Both the position numbers and the translations under genes were made by a program. Of a DNA stretch of 64,000 bases, positions 37,601-51,400 are shown in pieces. Every line of letters starts with the position of its first letter. Position 1 is the stretch's first letter. The stretch covers positions 324,531-388,530 of the forward strand of contig NMRA01000311.1 in assembly GCA_002633005.1 (NCBI GenBank). Direction: 5' to 3'. The DNA comes from Phoronis australis. Taxonomy: Eukaryota; Animalia; Phoronida. The notes under the pieces are model-generated. The model was not told the origin of the DNA, did not search any database, and worked only from the letters and a program-made list of their open reading frames with translations.

Positions 37601-40600
37601 TTTGTTATTTGCTCTTGATAATTTTCTGCTGCCTCTCATCTTTCATGTAGGCATATCTCACCAGACTTTTCAGATCACTGAATATGACATATGGTTTTTT
37701 GATCAGATGCATGTTAAAATTAAATAATCATTCAACTAGGCTTTACTATAAGTTAGAAATGGGCGACTCCTTTGCGTTTGTCATACCTGTGGCCCAGTAG
37801 TGTGTTTTTGAAAAGGTGTGGGTGAATTCACATACTAGGCATGTTTCTCAAATTGTTTTTTCATAGAGCTAAGTATGGTACAAGTTGCAAATCTGGTCTT
37901 GGGCACAGAATGTAACAAGTTTGATGGATCATAAAGGAAAAGTTTGGTATTCTTGAATTGCCAAATTTAAAAGATGATATTTATAAAAACATTTGATCAG
38001 CAGAATACAAACTTAATTCTTTGTGTACAGCATATGGTTTTCCCAGATTTACCAGGTTGTCCCGAGTTAGTTATGACCGAAAGTTTAGTCATGACTATTC
38101 TCTGACTGAATAATTAATCTTGACTAGAACATGAAGACCCATGCTAGTGACCACTTTAAATGAAACAGAATTTTTGTGCAATATCACCCTCTCCGTCCAT
38201 TTTAAAAATGCTTTTGACATATTGATCACAAGTTTTTTGGATATGATTACGTTAGATAATTTGAAGATTGATATGAGAACAATTCAGTTATGCGCTTCTT
38301 ATAGTTATGTATGAAGCTTACTTTTGAATAATTAAAGACCAGAATATCTAGCTTTACAAGTGTCTGGAAGTAAACAGATAATTATATTGAGTTTTGAATG
38401 GGACCTGTTTCTAAGCAGTTTTTAAGCCTTGCGTGATACATGTACTTGTGTCACTGAACAGGGTGACTCTGATAGTTGTGTCACTGAACAGGGTGACTCT
38501 GATAGTTGTGTCACTGAACAGGGTGACTCTGAGTTCGTTCACTATGCAATGATTGAGAGTACATATTAGGAACTGTATTAATGCTTAGGTATAAGGAGAT
38601 ATGACTTGATGAAACTGTGCATACTAGTTTTGACAAAGAATGTATCTCAATGAACGTAAAATTTAATCAAAATGTTTTGATTTTCCAAGATTTAGATTTT
38701 TCGATAATATCTGGTCAATGCTTATCCTCAGTTTCTGTTCTCCTTATCATGATTATACCTGTACTATTCACTAGTGTCTTTATTGTGATCAATATGGCAC
38801 ACAAGACTTCCGACAGATTTATGTCCAGTGAGGAGAAAAATCAATAGATCTGTAATTTGCTTCTTTGTGACTCGTTATAAAAAGATGTAAGTTCTGTTTC
38901 TGTGATTTTGCTCAAACTTCTTTCTGATGTCTGAATTATGAAAGCACAATTCAACTACAGTAAGAGAGTCTCCATCTCATCAGATGGGTCATGTGGGTTT
39001 TGGTGAATGGCTTTTCCCTACAATTGTTGTGTAACTCTCACTAAGCATTAGTCATGCTTGCCAGTTTAGCAGGCTATGTAAGGAATTTTCAAGCTTGTTT
39101 CAAAATTTTGGGACTCTTCAACATTAGGGTTTCAGAGCGTTATTTTATAACTTAGAAAATGGTAAATGCTGCTCTTAATACATTTTAATATGCCAAAACT
39201 GGGTTAAGTATCCCTTTAAAGTGATGTTATCAGCGAGAAAAGCTTACGAAATCAGCCTCGGCATGAATTCGATTGTGTAATCACGGACTCAAGGTTGCAG
39301 CCTAACATAGATGCTGGTGGAGCTCAATGCCACTCAATAGATGTTGAAGTATTTCATGCTTAAAAGCATTTCTAACTGGTAAGGCCACTGACCCTGATTT
39401 CATCGAATGTGTCAGTAATAAATTTTCAAAAGCACAATGGATTTTGTTGCTTTACACTGCTCTCGAGTCAAAGCTAATTATTTATTTTAATAACTTAGAA
39501 TTCTATCCCTTCCAACAACAATCACAAACATTTTTGTGCCACCATCCTTAAGTCTGTCCAGCATCCGCTGCTGTATCTCCAAAACCCCTTGATGTATGTT
39601 CATGAAATTTTGCAGATATGTACCTTTTACAGATGGGACGTTATGAGTAAATTTTCAGACGGATTTGGCCAACCGTGTGCCCCATAGTGGAAATTTTAGT
39701 TTTTAATGTTTGCCTCTTTATCTTCGGATTTCCTTTATTTTCACGAAGTTTGGATTCATTTTTGGTATCTATTATAAAAGTGACGCCACCTTCATGTTTT
39801 TGAATGGATTTGGCATATATTGTGTTTTCACTGGGACTAGAATAGCTGACGATGATTTTCTGACGACTCCAATTACAGTGGCTCCTCTTAGTGATAGTTT
39901 TGTTTTGCTGTATCTCTTAAACCTTCTGCAGAATCTTTGTTGAATTTGGCAAACTATTTATATGAAGGTGATGACAGGTGACCACAACTTTGGGACGGAT
40001 CCAACTACTGCTATGCCCCCTAGTGGCAAGTTATTTTTTTCTGTTTTCTTCTGGTTCTTTGGAGTTCTTGGATAAAAATTTAGCAAATATATTTCTATTA
40101 AAGACACAATGATATTGTTCCGTCTTCAGATGGATTTGACGTTTATTAATTTTGAGTCTGCGTTTGGCGTCCGTCTCTCAGTCAGCCAAATCACTCTTAG
40201 GGTGATTATGAAAATTGGCATATCTCACTGGGAAGAGGACGGCTGACGGAGGATTTTGGACAGCGCCAAGTACTGTGGGCTGTGGCACCTCGTAGTGGCA
40301 GTTTTGTTATATCTGCATCTGTGGCTGTATTTCTTAAACCCTCTGCAGAAATTTTGTGAGAGTTGGGAATTAGTATTTGTGTGGAAGTGACAACAGATCC
40401 GGCTATGGCTGTGCTCCCTAGTAACAATATTTTTTCCACTTTTGTCTGTATCTTTGGAGTTCTTTGATGGATTTTTATCAACATTGGTAAATACAAATTC
40501 TGTTAATAAGGCGATGACATTTTTTTCGTTTTCAGATGGATTTGACGTAGTGTTTGCCTTCTAGTGGCCGTTTTTGTTAGTCTGTTTTAAGCGTCCATCA

Positions 40601-43600
40601 CTCTATTGGCCAAGCCACTGTAAGAAACGTTATCAAAATTGGTAAATGTTTTCCTTCTGGAAATATCATGTTTTGACGATTTTTGTACAGTTTGATTACT
40701 GTGGCGTTCCCTAGTGGCAGTTTGATTTTTTCCTGCATCATCTTTGTGAATTGGTGATTTATGTATTTGTATGAGCTTTACAGCAGATGATGGCTTTTAG
40801 ATATATCTGACACCCCGACTGTGCCCCCTGTGCCAGTTTTGATATTATTTATGGTCTTGACAGGTATGTTCCTATTGAGGAAAGCACTTGTTCACTTGCT
40901 ATGTACCCCCTAGAGAGTATTTTAAGTTTACTATCATTGCTCTATTTTATGGAAGTATTCAAAATATTAGTCATCCCTTGTAGCTGCATAATGCATGCAG
41001 TGCATACGGTGGGTGTATATCACTGCTCTGCATTGCTCTTGTTAAGTCTGGTCTGCATGCCACCTGTTGGCCACAAAACATGACCTAATGAACAAAAGTC
41101 TGAAAAACTTCTGCCCCAACTGGGACTTGAACTCGGGACCTTCTGCTAACCGTGCAGACACTGTAGTCCACTGCCATCAGGACCACTGGTTGAACACAGA
41201 AATACAATCAGACTTCCATATTTCCAAATTTAATTTACATACACTTGCACGTTTATGGGTGGTTAGACCCATTGTAAAGTCTGATTGGATTTCTGTGTTT
41301 GACCAGTCGACAGGTCACGATGGTCAGTGGACTAGAGTGTCAGCATGGTTAGTAGAAGTTCCCGGGATCAAGTCTTGGTCGGGGCAGAAATCTTTTCAGG
41401 TTGATATTTATTAGAGCTTTCACGTGATGTGGCCAACAGGTGGTATGCAGACCAGACTTTAAAAATTTTTGTGTTCTATACTTCCACGTCCGTTTAAGAG
41501 TTACATATTTATATTGAATTCCAATCCCAAAAATGCTTATTTCGGCCGTAGAACCGATAATGTCTTGGAAACTTGTTTCAAGAATATTTTTCCTTACATT
41601 GTAAATTTGTAGTCTGGCTCAGTTATGACCTTGATTCATGGGAAGATTGCGACATGGTTTGTCATTGTAAATTGAGTCTATATTTTCACTCAATTACATC
41701 ACAAGTATGAAAGCCAATGTCTCACATCTAATGCTATGTTTTTTTCATTTAGAGAATGTACTAGTGATGTCATGTGCTGCCGCTTCAGTCCTGATGGAAC
41801 GGCTATTGCGGCTGGACAGAAAGATGGTGTTGTTAAGGTCAGTTATCACAATGTGTCACTTAACACTCGTGTACGTCTGGGCACAATTAAATCCTTGTCA
41901 GCTGATGGGTCAATTATGCCATCTCTATAATGTGATCTAATTATTTTTTCACTTTTGATTGTCAAGACGGTATTATAATTTGCTGTTATTGGAAATAGCA
42001 ATTGTGTGGATTTCTCCAGGGCATTAAAATAGAAACATTATGGTGAAAATTCTCTAGTTTGAGACAGTAAAAGTTTGATTATTTATATTTGTTCAAGGTC
42101 GGAACTTCAACCAAGTTGAATTGAACAGAATGTGACATTGGCTGTACCAAATTTAAGAATAATAATAAACTACAAACTAAAGGATCATTCAGCTGAATGT
42201 TACTCTGGAAACACATGAAAAATTTTTGACAATTTTATGAAGCCGCAAATTCATTTTTGGACTCAATGTCTAATTATTGAGAAATATAATGAAGGCCAAA
42301 ATCATTCATGCCCCAATCTTCAGAATCTAGATACACATTTCCCATTTTTAAGAGAATCCTAAACTAAAATTTTTTTACCACATGTTAATTACTGTTTTTG
42401 TTTCAGATATTCAGTGCCATCAGCGGTCAGTGCTTCCACAGTCTGGCAGATGACGATACCAAAGCTGCTCACCTCCCGGCCACCTGTATAAGGTTCATGC
42501 CAAACTTAGGAGATCCTGATGAGGACTCTGTGTTAAAGAATGTTGTCATAGTTACTTGTAAGTGGATTGAGAATTGGAATAAAACACAGAATGAAATTTT
42601 AATGTGTTTTTCCAAATGTGGCACTGTTTTGATGTGGTGGATAAAAACCTTAAAATTTCCTCCAAGAAATCAGAGAATTTCCAATTTAACAAACAGTTGA
42701 TTATTACAGGTCTTGACATAGTTGTGTTTAGTATTTTTTCAGCAATGCAATACTTTCTTATTTTTATTCTTCATTAATGAATTTAACCTTTCTTTCAATG
42801 CTGCATATGTGCCAACTATTGGAACTCCTTTGGATGACTTCTTTTGATTTCAAGTCAGCCATGTTCAGACCTTTTGATTTTCGATGTGAGTGGTTATGAA
42901 TGCCGATTTCTCTTTAATGCATCAAATGGCATAAAATTCTACTCACTTATTTTGCAGTTGAGCGAGCAGTATCTTCATTTTCCATTAGTGGAGATATCTC
43001 CATAAAAATGAAGACTTATCTTAGAAAGGAACTTCGATGGTTGATGTCTCTATAGTTTAAGGGGAATTTGAAAAAAGCTGAGACAGTTCTCTAACTTATA
43101 TTCCACAATAATAATATATTGTTCAAAGATGAAGTTGTTTGCAGTTTTATTTCTTTAGAAATTCATTGTTCAAAGCAAACAATTAGAATTTTCACAAGAA
43201 ATGGCGGTCATGTGATTAATAATGATTATGCAAAGTTTTAAAGCATAAATGAAGATTTATTTTTTTGTAAATTTATTTAAAAAATATTTGACGAAGTATT
43301 AACTCAAACGGACTACCGTAACAATTACCTGAAGACAAGGGCTTATGGCTTCCTCTATTCTTGCTTTTCATTTGCATTCAGACGCCTCGGGTATGGTGAA
43401 GTTCTGGCATTACACCTCTGGTAACTGTATCCACACCATCAACGAGACTGGACAGGTCCATTGTCTGTCCATCAGTGGTGACCAGGCGGCAAGGTTTGCG
43501 ACCTCTGGCACCGAGATGGCTATTAACATTTACGACATGTACACGAAACAAAAAATTAACACGTGCCAGGCTAGGTTAGTATGGTTATGTTGCATCCGAT

Positions 43601-46600
43601 AATGGTTGTTGCTTTTGTGAGAAAATTCCACAGGATGACTCCACCTTAAGAGAGGTTGGTGTTCATGTGGGTATTGTGGCATTGTGGTCTTGTCGTACCT
43701 AGTGAAGGGGAGGGGATGTGTCGTACCTAGTGAAGGGGAGGGGATGTGTCGGGAGAAGCATTGTTTGTTGGCCAGGACTTTCATTTTTAGATATTGTATC
43801 AGATACGTATTATGCCATTGTCTTACTTACTGTTACTTCGTTACTGTGGATTTTGAAGATGTCGTGGACTCAACCTCGCATACCCATGGTAAAAGTTGAA
43901 GACGTGTCTGCAACTCCCCATACCCATGGTGTAGAAGTAGGGAGGAAAATCTCCATATGGACGGAATTATTCGATGTTTGGATTTCAACGTCAGTTTTCA
44001 AAAGCCACATGAGCCGCAAATTCAAGGAATGTTCTAGGCAAATAAAAATTGATAGTGCTCTTGCTTATTGCCTTGTTTAATTTGATATTTCTGGAATGCA
44101 TTCTTAGTCCCTGAGGAGTGTGTTGTTGACTTGATCACTGATGCGTTGACACACGATTGACAGTTACAAATTTAATTAACATTATTCGTATAACAACGTC
44201 AGGTGTAGAGAATTTTACAAAACGATGCATGGGTATTAGAGTTGTGGGAGGGCTCCTATAGATGGGGCTACTTTCACTTCACAGTGGTTTTCATAATGGT
44301 CACTACTGTCACATAGAAGTGCACTAATGTTCGCCCAACTCAGTGTGGAAAACCTGGAAAATATAAAATAGTTTCCATTTGTGGAGAACTAATGAACACT
44401 AGTAAGAAGGTAAAAAACATGGAAAACTAATAGAGAATTTCTTATTGATTAAATATAAAAACAATATGTATGGATAAATAGCACAGGGAAATGATAATAA
44501 TATTCTGGAAAACTCATGCTGAACAAGAAATCAAATTAATATAATCAAAGTTTGGAACTGTTGCTTGAGAATTTTGCAAGTTATTTCCTTTGCCTGTGTA
44601 TGATTGGAGTCACCTGGTCACTTGACTGTCAGTTTTCCATTATTGTGTTGAGTGCATCGTAGAAGTAGTCAGTTTGTGAAACTGTATTGGACTGTTGACA
44701 TTTTTTACTTAAAAGTAGTGCACATTGTGACTTTCATGGCTGTTCACAACGACATCCTGTTTTTAATCAGTGCATTGATTGGAAAATGCTTTTCCAAGTT
44801 TGGATAAGATGGCTCCCATTAAGTACGATCAGATTTCTGTATTAGACTGATCTTGATAGCTCAGTGTACTAGGACATCTGCATGGTTAGTAAAGAGTCCG
44901 GGTTCGAGCCCTGGTCGACACGGAGATCTTTTCAGATTTAACTATAGGCCATTTGGTGTGACCAGCATATGGTCTGTTGCAGACTAATAAACCTGTCTCT
45001 ATATTTCAGTGATTCTCGAGATGTCATGAACGGACACCGTTCAAGTGTGTTTTCCATCCAGTACCATCAGTCATACCCTCATATTTTGGTGTCAGCTGGC
45101 TGGGACAACACAGTCCAGGTAAGTATCAATTGCATGGTCTCAGGTGTTCCAGAGCTCACAGAGTATCTCATAAGCTTCTCAATATTTTGTCTTGTGACTT
45201 TAATCCAATAATATCAAACACCCAAGTAGTCTTTTATAAAATGCTTAATTTATTAAAATATTTCTAATTTCTAGAGATCGTTTTCCACGGCAGACAAATA
45301 TGGGTTTTGATTTTACGATGTTTTCTAGAAAGTATTTTAAGTGTAGGTTTGTAAATGTGTGATGTGTCCTTACGGTGTTTTCCTCCGGCTGTAGGGTTGT
45401 CAGATGATATGTTGATGTGTTCTTTACGTCTGGTACCTAGACTCCGAGCGGTCTCACCAATATGGCAGGACAAGCAGGGCATTCAATCATGTTTATCACC
45501 CCGCATTTCTTGTTGCCTTGTCTTTAGGGTGGAGCAAAGCACTCTATATAGGGTGTTGAATGGTTTGTGGTTGGTGCCTACCTGGTGTTGTCTGAAGATA
45601 GACAGTTTTTCCAAGAGACCATGAAGGGCTATGTCGACTTTAATAAAAGGGTCAGCCTTTTTAGACACATTGGTTCTGGGTTCAAACATCCAGTCCAAGT
45701 ACTCACTGTCGCGTGGCGCATGTTCTTTCTAGTCTGTTCCATATGTTTGCCATTTTTTCTGTTACTAATTCTCCAATCCTTACTGTTTATTTCTGGCAAT
45801 ACAACAGTGTTTTTATCATACTTTTCTTCTTCACAACATTCTCAATGCGATTGACTCGAAATTACTGACGTTTGCTTTACCAAGTATTTACTTTACTCAC
45901 CACAGTTTTGGGATGACCGAGAGAAGCATGCCATTCGCAAGCTGTACGGACCGCATGTCTGTGGTGATGCTCTGGATATCGACTTTATTCACAATCACAT
46001 ACTGACTGGTTCTTGGAGAAAGGATGACGTCTTACAGGTTTGTCATGATTGCTAATGTTGAACAGTGAAGAGTATGATAATATGATGATCATGGTCGACT
46101 CAAGTGGACATGCATACAGTGAAGCCCACTTAATGTCATACTGGTTATTAGAACATACTGGTTAGGGTTATTGGTGTCAAAAGCAAATCATTTCCTATTA
46201 AGCACACGTAAGGTAACCCACACAATGTCATGGTTTATTGTCATATACCTGGATATTGTCGTAAAAAATCAGTAAAATTGTTTCTTACCCGTTTCCCTTC
46301 ACTTTTCTATCTAAAAAACAAACCAATTTATTATCAATTTGTTTGTGTTATAGGAACTCCACGCCGTGGGTAATATTTAGTGGTTTCCTGTCGCACCCTG
46401 AGACTGTCCACTTAGCATTATCAGCTTATAAAATTGGCCAAGTCAGAAGGCACTTAATGGAATATTCAGTGTATTGTCATAATTTACTTTGAAATCGAAG
46501 GAACATATACAACATTGTTAAGCGGGCTTCTCAGTATTAGGACTGGCAGTTGTTTGTTTAGAGTTTCATTACAATGTGCTTGTGCCGTGGCCTTATCAAT

Positions 46601-48419
46601 GCTTCTATTGCAAAATACGTGTATCAGTCCACTTTCAGATCTGGGATTTTGAAACTGGTAAAAAGATAAAAGATGTTCCTCAAGATATCCTCAATACCTG
46701 CAAGGTGAGTCAAGTCAGCAGGGGGTCTGATTCATGAAAGTGACTTAAGCCCTAAATTTGGTCTTCCACTTCACAATTGGTGAACTAGGGTTTAGCCATT
46801 GGCACTTGACACTCTAGAAATAATTTTAGATTAGTGACTAGCAGTTATGTGTATGGTCTTAGAATTTTTTTATTTTTGCTCAAGAACATTTAACCAGAAA
46901 TATTGTGAAGTGTGAGACTGTTTTTTTGACTTACTTCAGTCTACTTTTTAATGAAGTAGGCTCTCGGTGTTTATTGACAACTTGGTTGTATTCATTGCAG
47001 CATGTTAAGTCAACATTTAATATCAAGTAATATAATGCTTGTTGTATCGTTCTGGTCATATTTATAACACGATATTACTATGTCAACCTCCATGGATTTT
47101 TTGTTCAAAATCTTTGTTTCCTCGCTGCCGATCACTGTCAAATATGGCAGATTAGCGAGTTGAGTACTTTACTAATTGTTCATCACTTACTTAAGCCTTG
47201 ATTTCATGGAAGATAACCACAGTGTAATGACCTTAGCAAATGACAGGAAGATCCCGATTGAAAGTCAAGTTTTTTTTTAGTTTTTCTAGTTATTTCATGA
47301 TTCGGTCTGCGGCTGACCTATTTAATTCCTGTTCAGTCAATGGCCTCTAAATTATCCATTGTCGTGGTTTAATTGACTTCACGTCAGTCGACAATCATCT
47401 TAGTAAATCTTAAGTGTTATCAAAATTCGATACAGCAATATTTTGTCCCTGTCTCTACACGACCAGTGACAGCACCAGTAATGTTTGCTTTCGTCTCTCG
47501 ATAGTTGTACTGTGCCCAGTGGGTTGCTCGAGAGTTCATAGTGTGTGGCGGTACTGACCAGAATATGCTGCGACTGATTGACAGGGGCACGCTGAATGTA
47601 AGTTACAATTTACAATGAAACTTGCTGCTGATCAGGTGCAAAACTGTACCATCCAGCTCATGTTAAGTGCTTTTTGGTGAATTTATTAACTTTTAAGAAG
47701 TAACAGAATCTGATGCTGTCTTGGACTGTTGGTATCTCTGCAAGTGGTGTTGCTCTCGGTTGTAGTGTTTCAAAGGAATTAATAATCGTTTTAGTTACTG
47801 TTAATCACAGACGTTGTTGTGCATGTTCGTGTGGAATAGTACACATTATTTGCCAGGATGTGTCTCCATGGTAACACTGCTTTACAATGCACCATGTTTA
47901 AAGGGGAAAGCCACCATTTGTGGTGCATATTCCTAGTTACTGTGTGGAGACATTATTCTCAGTAAATTACTGCTACATAACAAGAGTAATTAACACTGAA
48001 TAATGTCTCCACAAGCTAAATGGGGATATGCATTCTGGTTAAAAGGTAACAGCAAAAATGGTACTTGGTTTCCCTTTTGAATACATTGAGCTCTCATATG
48101 ATTAGTTATAATTAATCGACTGCTTATAGAAAGTCACACTCTTAGTAGTCAGATAGTACTAAATAAATCTGGTTAACAGTTGACGTCAAATTGGGACGAG
48201 TGCGCTTACCTGGGCTGCTAAATGAATATTCATTACTCGGTGGCATTCACTTGTCCTGATTGGCTGTAAGTTTTCTTTTTTCCCTTTCAGTCAATTGGCC
48301 AAGTGGTAGACCTCCCACAGGGGGTTTACAGTATTGACAACGATAGGATTGGTACGAACCCAAGGATGTGTCTAGCAGCAGCAAATTATGTCTATGTGAT
48401 ACGACAGGAGAAGAAGTGA
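34668..48419 (+). CDS. Uncharacterised WD40-repeat protein (~396 aa)
   Basis: Exons 34668-34900, 41753-41837, 42407-42557, 43382-43574, 45010-45118, 45906-46037, 46639-46704, 47505-47597, 48291-48419 total 1191 nt, all phase-compatible. WD motifs: VMCCRFSPDG, GMVKFWH, GHRSSVFSIQY..LVSAGWDNTVQFWD, GPHVCGDALD, ILTGSW..LQIWD. Confidence 0.92.
35974..36985. mobile_element. hAT-like non-autonomous element with 5-bp TSD (long form) carrying a tRNA-like segment
   Basis: CATAGGCGGATTTAG...CTAGATCCGCCACTG, with TSD AATAA on both sides. Confidence 0.85.
38446..38532. repeat. 30-bp tandem repeat, about 3 copies
   Basis: Unit ttgtgtcactgaacagggtgactctgatag. Confidence 0.9.
39531..40912 (+). mobile_element. 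Degenerate HINE/DINE-like (Helentron-associated) element with internal ~150-bp repeats
   Basis: Repeated gctgtatctc, gaaattt, ttcagatggatttg and gccccctagtgg blocks; reverse-complement homolog of 59140-60958. Confidence 0.55.
41044..41459. repeat. Large imperfect inverted repeat made of two tRNA-like-head units
   Basis: aagtctggtctgcatgccacctgttggccaca ... tgtggccaacaggtggtatgcagaccagactt. Each arm has A/B-box-like sequence. A third copy lies at about 44820-44986. Confidence 0.7.
44820..44986 (+). mobile_element. tRNA-derived repeat (SINE-like)
   Basis: A-box-like GATAGCTCAGTG and B-box GGTTCGAGCC; no intact cloverleaf; homologous to the 41044-41459 arms. Confidence 0.55.
45270..45850 (-). 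pseudogene. Penelope-like element remnant (GIY-YIG endonuclease region)
   Basis: Minus-strand PCLSCHIGETARSLGTRRKEH and HKPFNTL match the PLE GIY-YIG/linker pattern; frameshifted. Confidence 0.75.
46116..46538. mobile_element. Tc1/pogo-type MITE
   Basis: TA-CAGTGAAGCCCACTTAA ... TTAAGCGGGCTTCTCAG-TA. Confidence 0.55.
47902..48077. mobile_element. Kolobok-like short element
   Basis: ttaa-aggggaaagcca ... tggtttcccct. Internal inverted repeat gtggagacattattc / gaataatgtctccac. Confidence 0.45.
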
Positions 48420-51400
48420 TACCCCGGCTCCAACTGGGAGAATTGGCGTCATTGTATCCAATGTATATTCTTCCATCCATTTTTCTCCCACATGTGCATT
48501 TAATTTAGTGGGTGCATGATCTCTGTTGTTTCGGTCCGTCTCGGCTTGTAAGTGCCCCCTGGTAGCTATCATTTGGATTCTATTTTACCAAACATCTATT
48601 GTAAGTATATCACATGTCAATTTTGCTATTATATTTTATTTCATAGTTGCATACGCTCCCACTCTTCTGCAAATGCAGGTTTTTACAGACAGATCCCAAG
48701 GATTATAAAATTAGTCACTATTTCTTTTGACAGCTGGTTTCCCAAAATTGTCCAACCCTTCTGGTAGTGCCAACTTCTGTTTTATTATCTTCTGCATGTT
48801 CTCCAATTATATGTTTATTTTCGTTATCAAAATTGTTAATGAAGGTTTACAGCTGTTGATTAGCAGTGATTTATCATAATGATTTTACGTCGTTGTGGCA
48901 TTCAGTAACATGATAACATTTGTTATATATCTTATGTACTTGGTGTGAATAAAGTGAACGTTTTTGTTCAGGTTCTGTGTGGTGTAACTACTCTTTTCTA
49001 ATCTGCAGCAAGTGCTTGCAGAATGTCTGCCAGTTGATTTATCCAAGCAGAGTTTTAAGTCAACAGAAATGATCTCTAGAATGTAAAATTTTAAGAATCC
49101 CTCCAAATCACAGAATTATTTGGTGATCGCTCTGGGTCTCTTGCCATTGGCACTTGGCAGTACCTTGTGGCACATTGGGTTTGCTTAACATTCCATTAAC
49201 GTCTTCAAATTTCTGTTTACTTTTATTTTTTCTATGGAGATAGTTTGCTTTTGTATTATTTGTTCTTGAAAATGTTTTGTGTGACTGGCACCAGTTCCTT
49301 GCTAATATACATGCCTTAAACTTTAGTGGTTATGCAGTCATTACCAGCCTTTAAGGCCCGTAGGAGGTTTCCCACATGTATTGACATACATTGTACCTTG
49401 TTGTGTTACACTTCCCAAGATTGAAGCACGTGTTAATGTTATCTTCCTGATGCACCTTCATTGTCAGATGAGCTAATTACCATAAGGACTAATTTATGAA
49501 AATAAACAATACCAGTCGTATCTATTGTTTTTGCCTCACTTGATACTGCTATATGCGTTTGCTTTCTTTTATTTTAGTTTATCATAAATTCAAGCCCAAC
49601 AAAGAGCCATGGTAATTTCAATCCTTACTTAGTCAACAAGGCGGACCCGATATTTCGCCCTGTTTAGCGGGCTAATATGGAATCGGGCCTTTTACTCTCG
49701 TAAAATCAGTCTCCTAATATTCCTGAATCTGATAACATTACATTTTCATCATACCAACCTAAGTCGCTGACAATACATTCGTACAGCCATTTTCGACAGA
49801 AAGTAGTAACGGTTTAGCAATAATCAACGCTTATCAACGTCAATCCAAACGTTTCGTTTTTAATAAACATTATCGTTTTTAATAAACATTATCGTTTTTA
49901 ATAACGGTCGAAAAAAGCACTGATTTGTCATTGTTGGGTTCTTGATTTTTTAATACACATCTCCAATTCTCGCCGTTGTCGGACATTCACCATTGTCGGT
50001 CACTTTATCAGTTACACCCGCTTAAAATACTCTGCCATTCATTCAGTGGGATTTATCTTCAATAGGCGTGCATGTGCCCAGGCACGCTGAATTTCGTCAA
50101 GTCTTTGAAATGGTTCTTTGCTTTATTTTAGAACTTACGGTGGAAGTAGCCTGCAATCTCTTTCACTCTGAGCACGCCCTCTGATCCAAATTAATTCAAA
50201 TTGTTCCATAGATAAATTTAAAATGAATTCTGAGGTGCACACTAAAGTTCTTAGATTTCTCGGAGACCATGGTATACCGAGTTGTCGCCGACGTCTGGTA
50301 GTTTAACGCGCCAGTGAATGATACATGTACCAACAATAGCGAACTGACTCGGGTTATTTGGCCAAGAAACGACTCTCATCTGAGTTAGTTAAGGACAAGT
50401 GACTGAGATCAGTTAAACACTGGTAAAAAGTGGTAGTTATTTTACCGCGGTTTATAGCGCCGCTTTTATTAGGAATCCATAGTTGCATAGTCGGTCTCCA
50501 TGTGATGGCATGAAGTCTAGAGTTGGAAATACAGTAGCTCGGAAATGATTGCTGGAACCGCCGTCCTGGCTTGAAATCTCCGCGAGAAATTTGTGCACAG
50601 TGTGCCGGTAGGATACGTGACGTCTCTCACAAAGCATTGCGGATAAGTGGCGTCCATTTAGGTTATGAAAGACCGTACAACACTGTTCAAATCTGCCTGA
50701 TTTCAGACCATCATATCTTGAAAATGGACGATCGGATCCCATGCTTTACGGGAGCACCTCTCTCCAAAACGTTGTTGGAAATTATTGTAAAATGATCCAA
50801 TTTTGCAAGAATTTCTAACAAAAATAAGACTTTATGATTTTTATCAGGAAGAGATAACCATCTCTTCCTGTTTTTATGTATAATACTCAACAGTTACAAA
50901 AATGAAAACAAACTGGTCGTTTAGAAAACTGTAAGAGTGTTTTCGAATGAAATGTAATCTTGAACATTATCAAGAACTTTGGCCGAGATATTGATACCAT
51001 TGTTTCGCTACGATTTGCTGAAAAGACATGCATAACATAGTTTTATTTTTGAATTTCTTTTAGTTGACCACAAAGATAGTCCACGAAATTGAATAAAATA
51101 TTTTTTAGAAACTTCCAAAATCGCAAGTGCGTAAGTTTAATTTTTAAATTTCAGCCTAAATCAAATAATGACATCACACTGTATGTCAACAGAAAAAGCT
51201 AATATTTTAGACAGCGAGTACTTAAATTAAGTGAAAACAAGGATCTTTGAAAAGGTATCTTGAAGCACGGGCAAAATCATTTTGTTTCATATACGCAAAT
51301 TTGACTCAGCTCTCCATTGGACGCCACCCGATGGACGCAACCCTAATGAAGTTCGTCACTGACAGTATCGAAGGCCAATAACTGTCAACGTCAACCAGGA

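Noticed and set aside
46160-46170. Telomerase-template-like TAACCCTAACC on the minus strand
   Set aside because: It lies inside a Tc1/pogo-type MITE, with no pseudoknot or H/ACA context.
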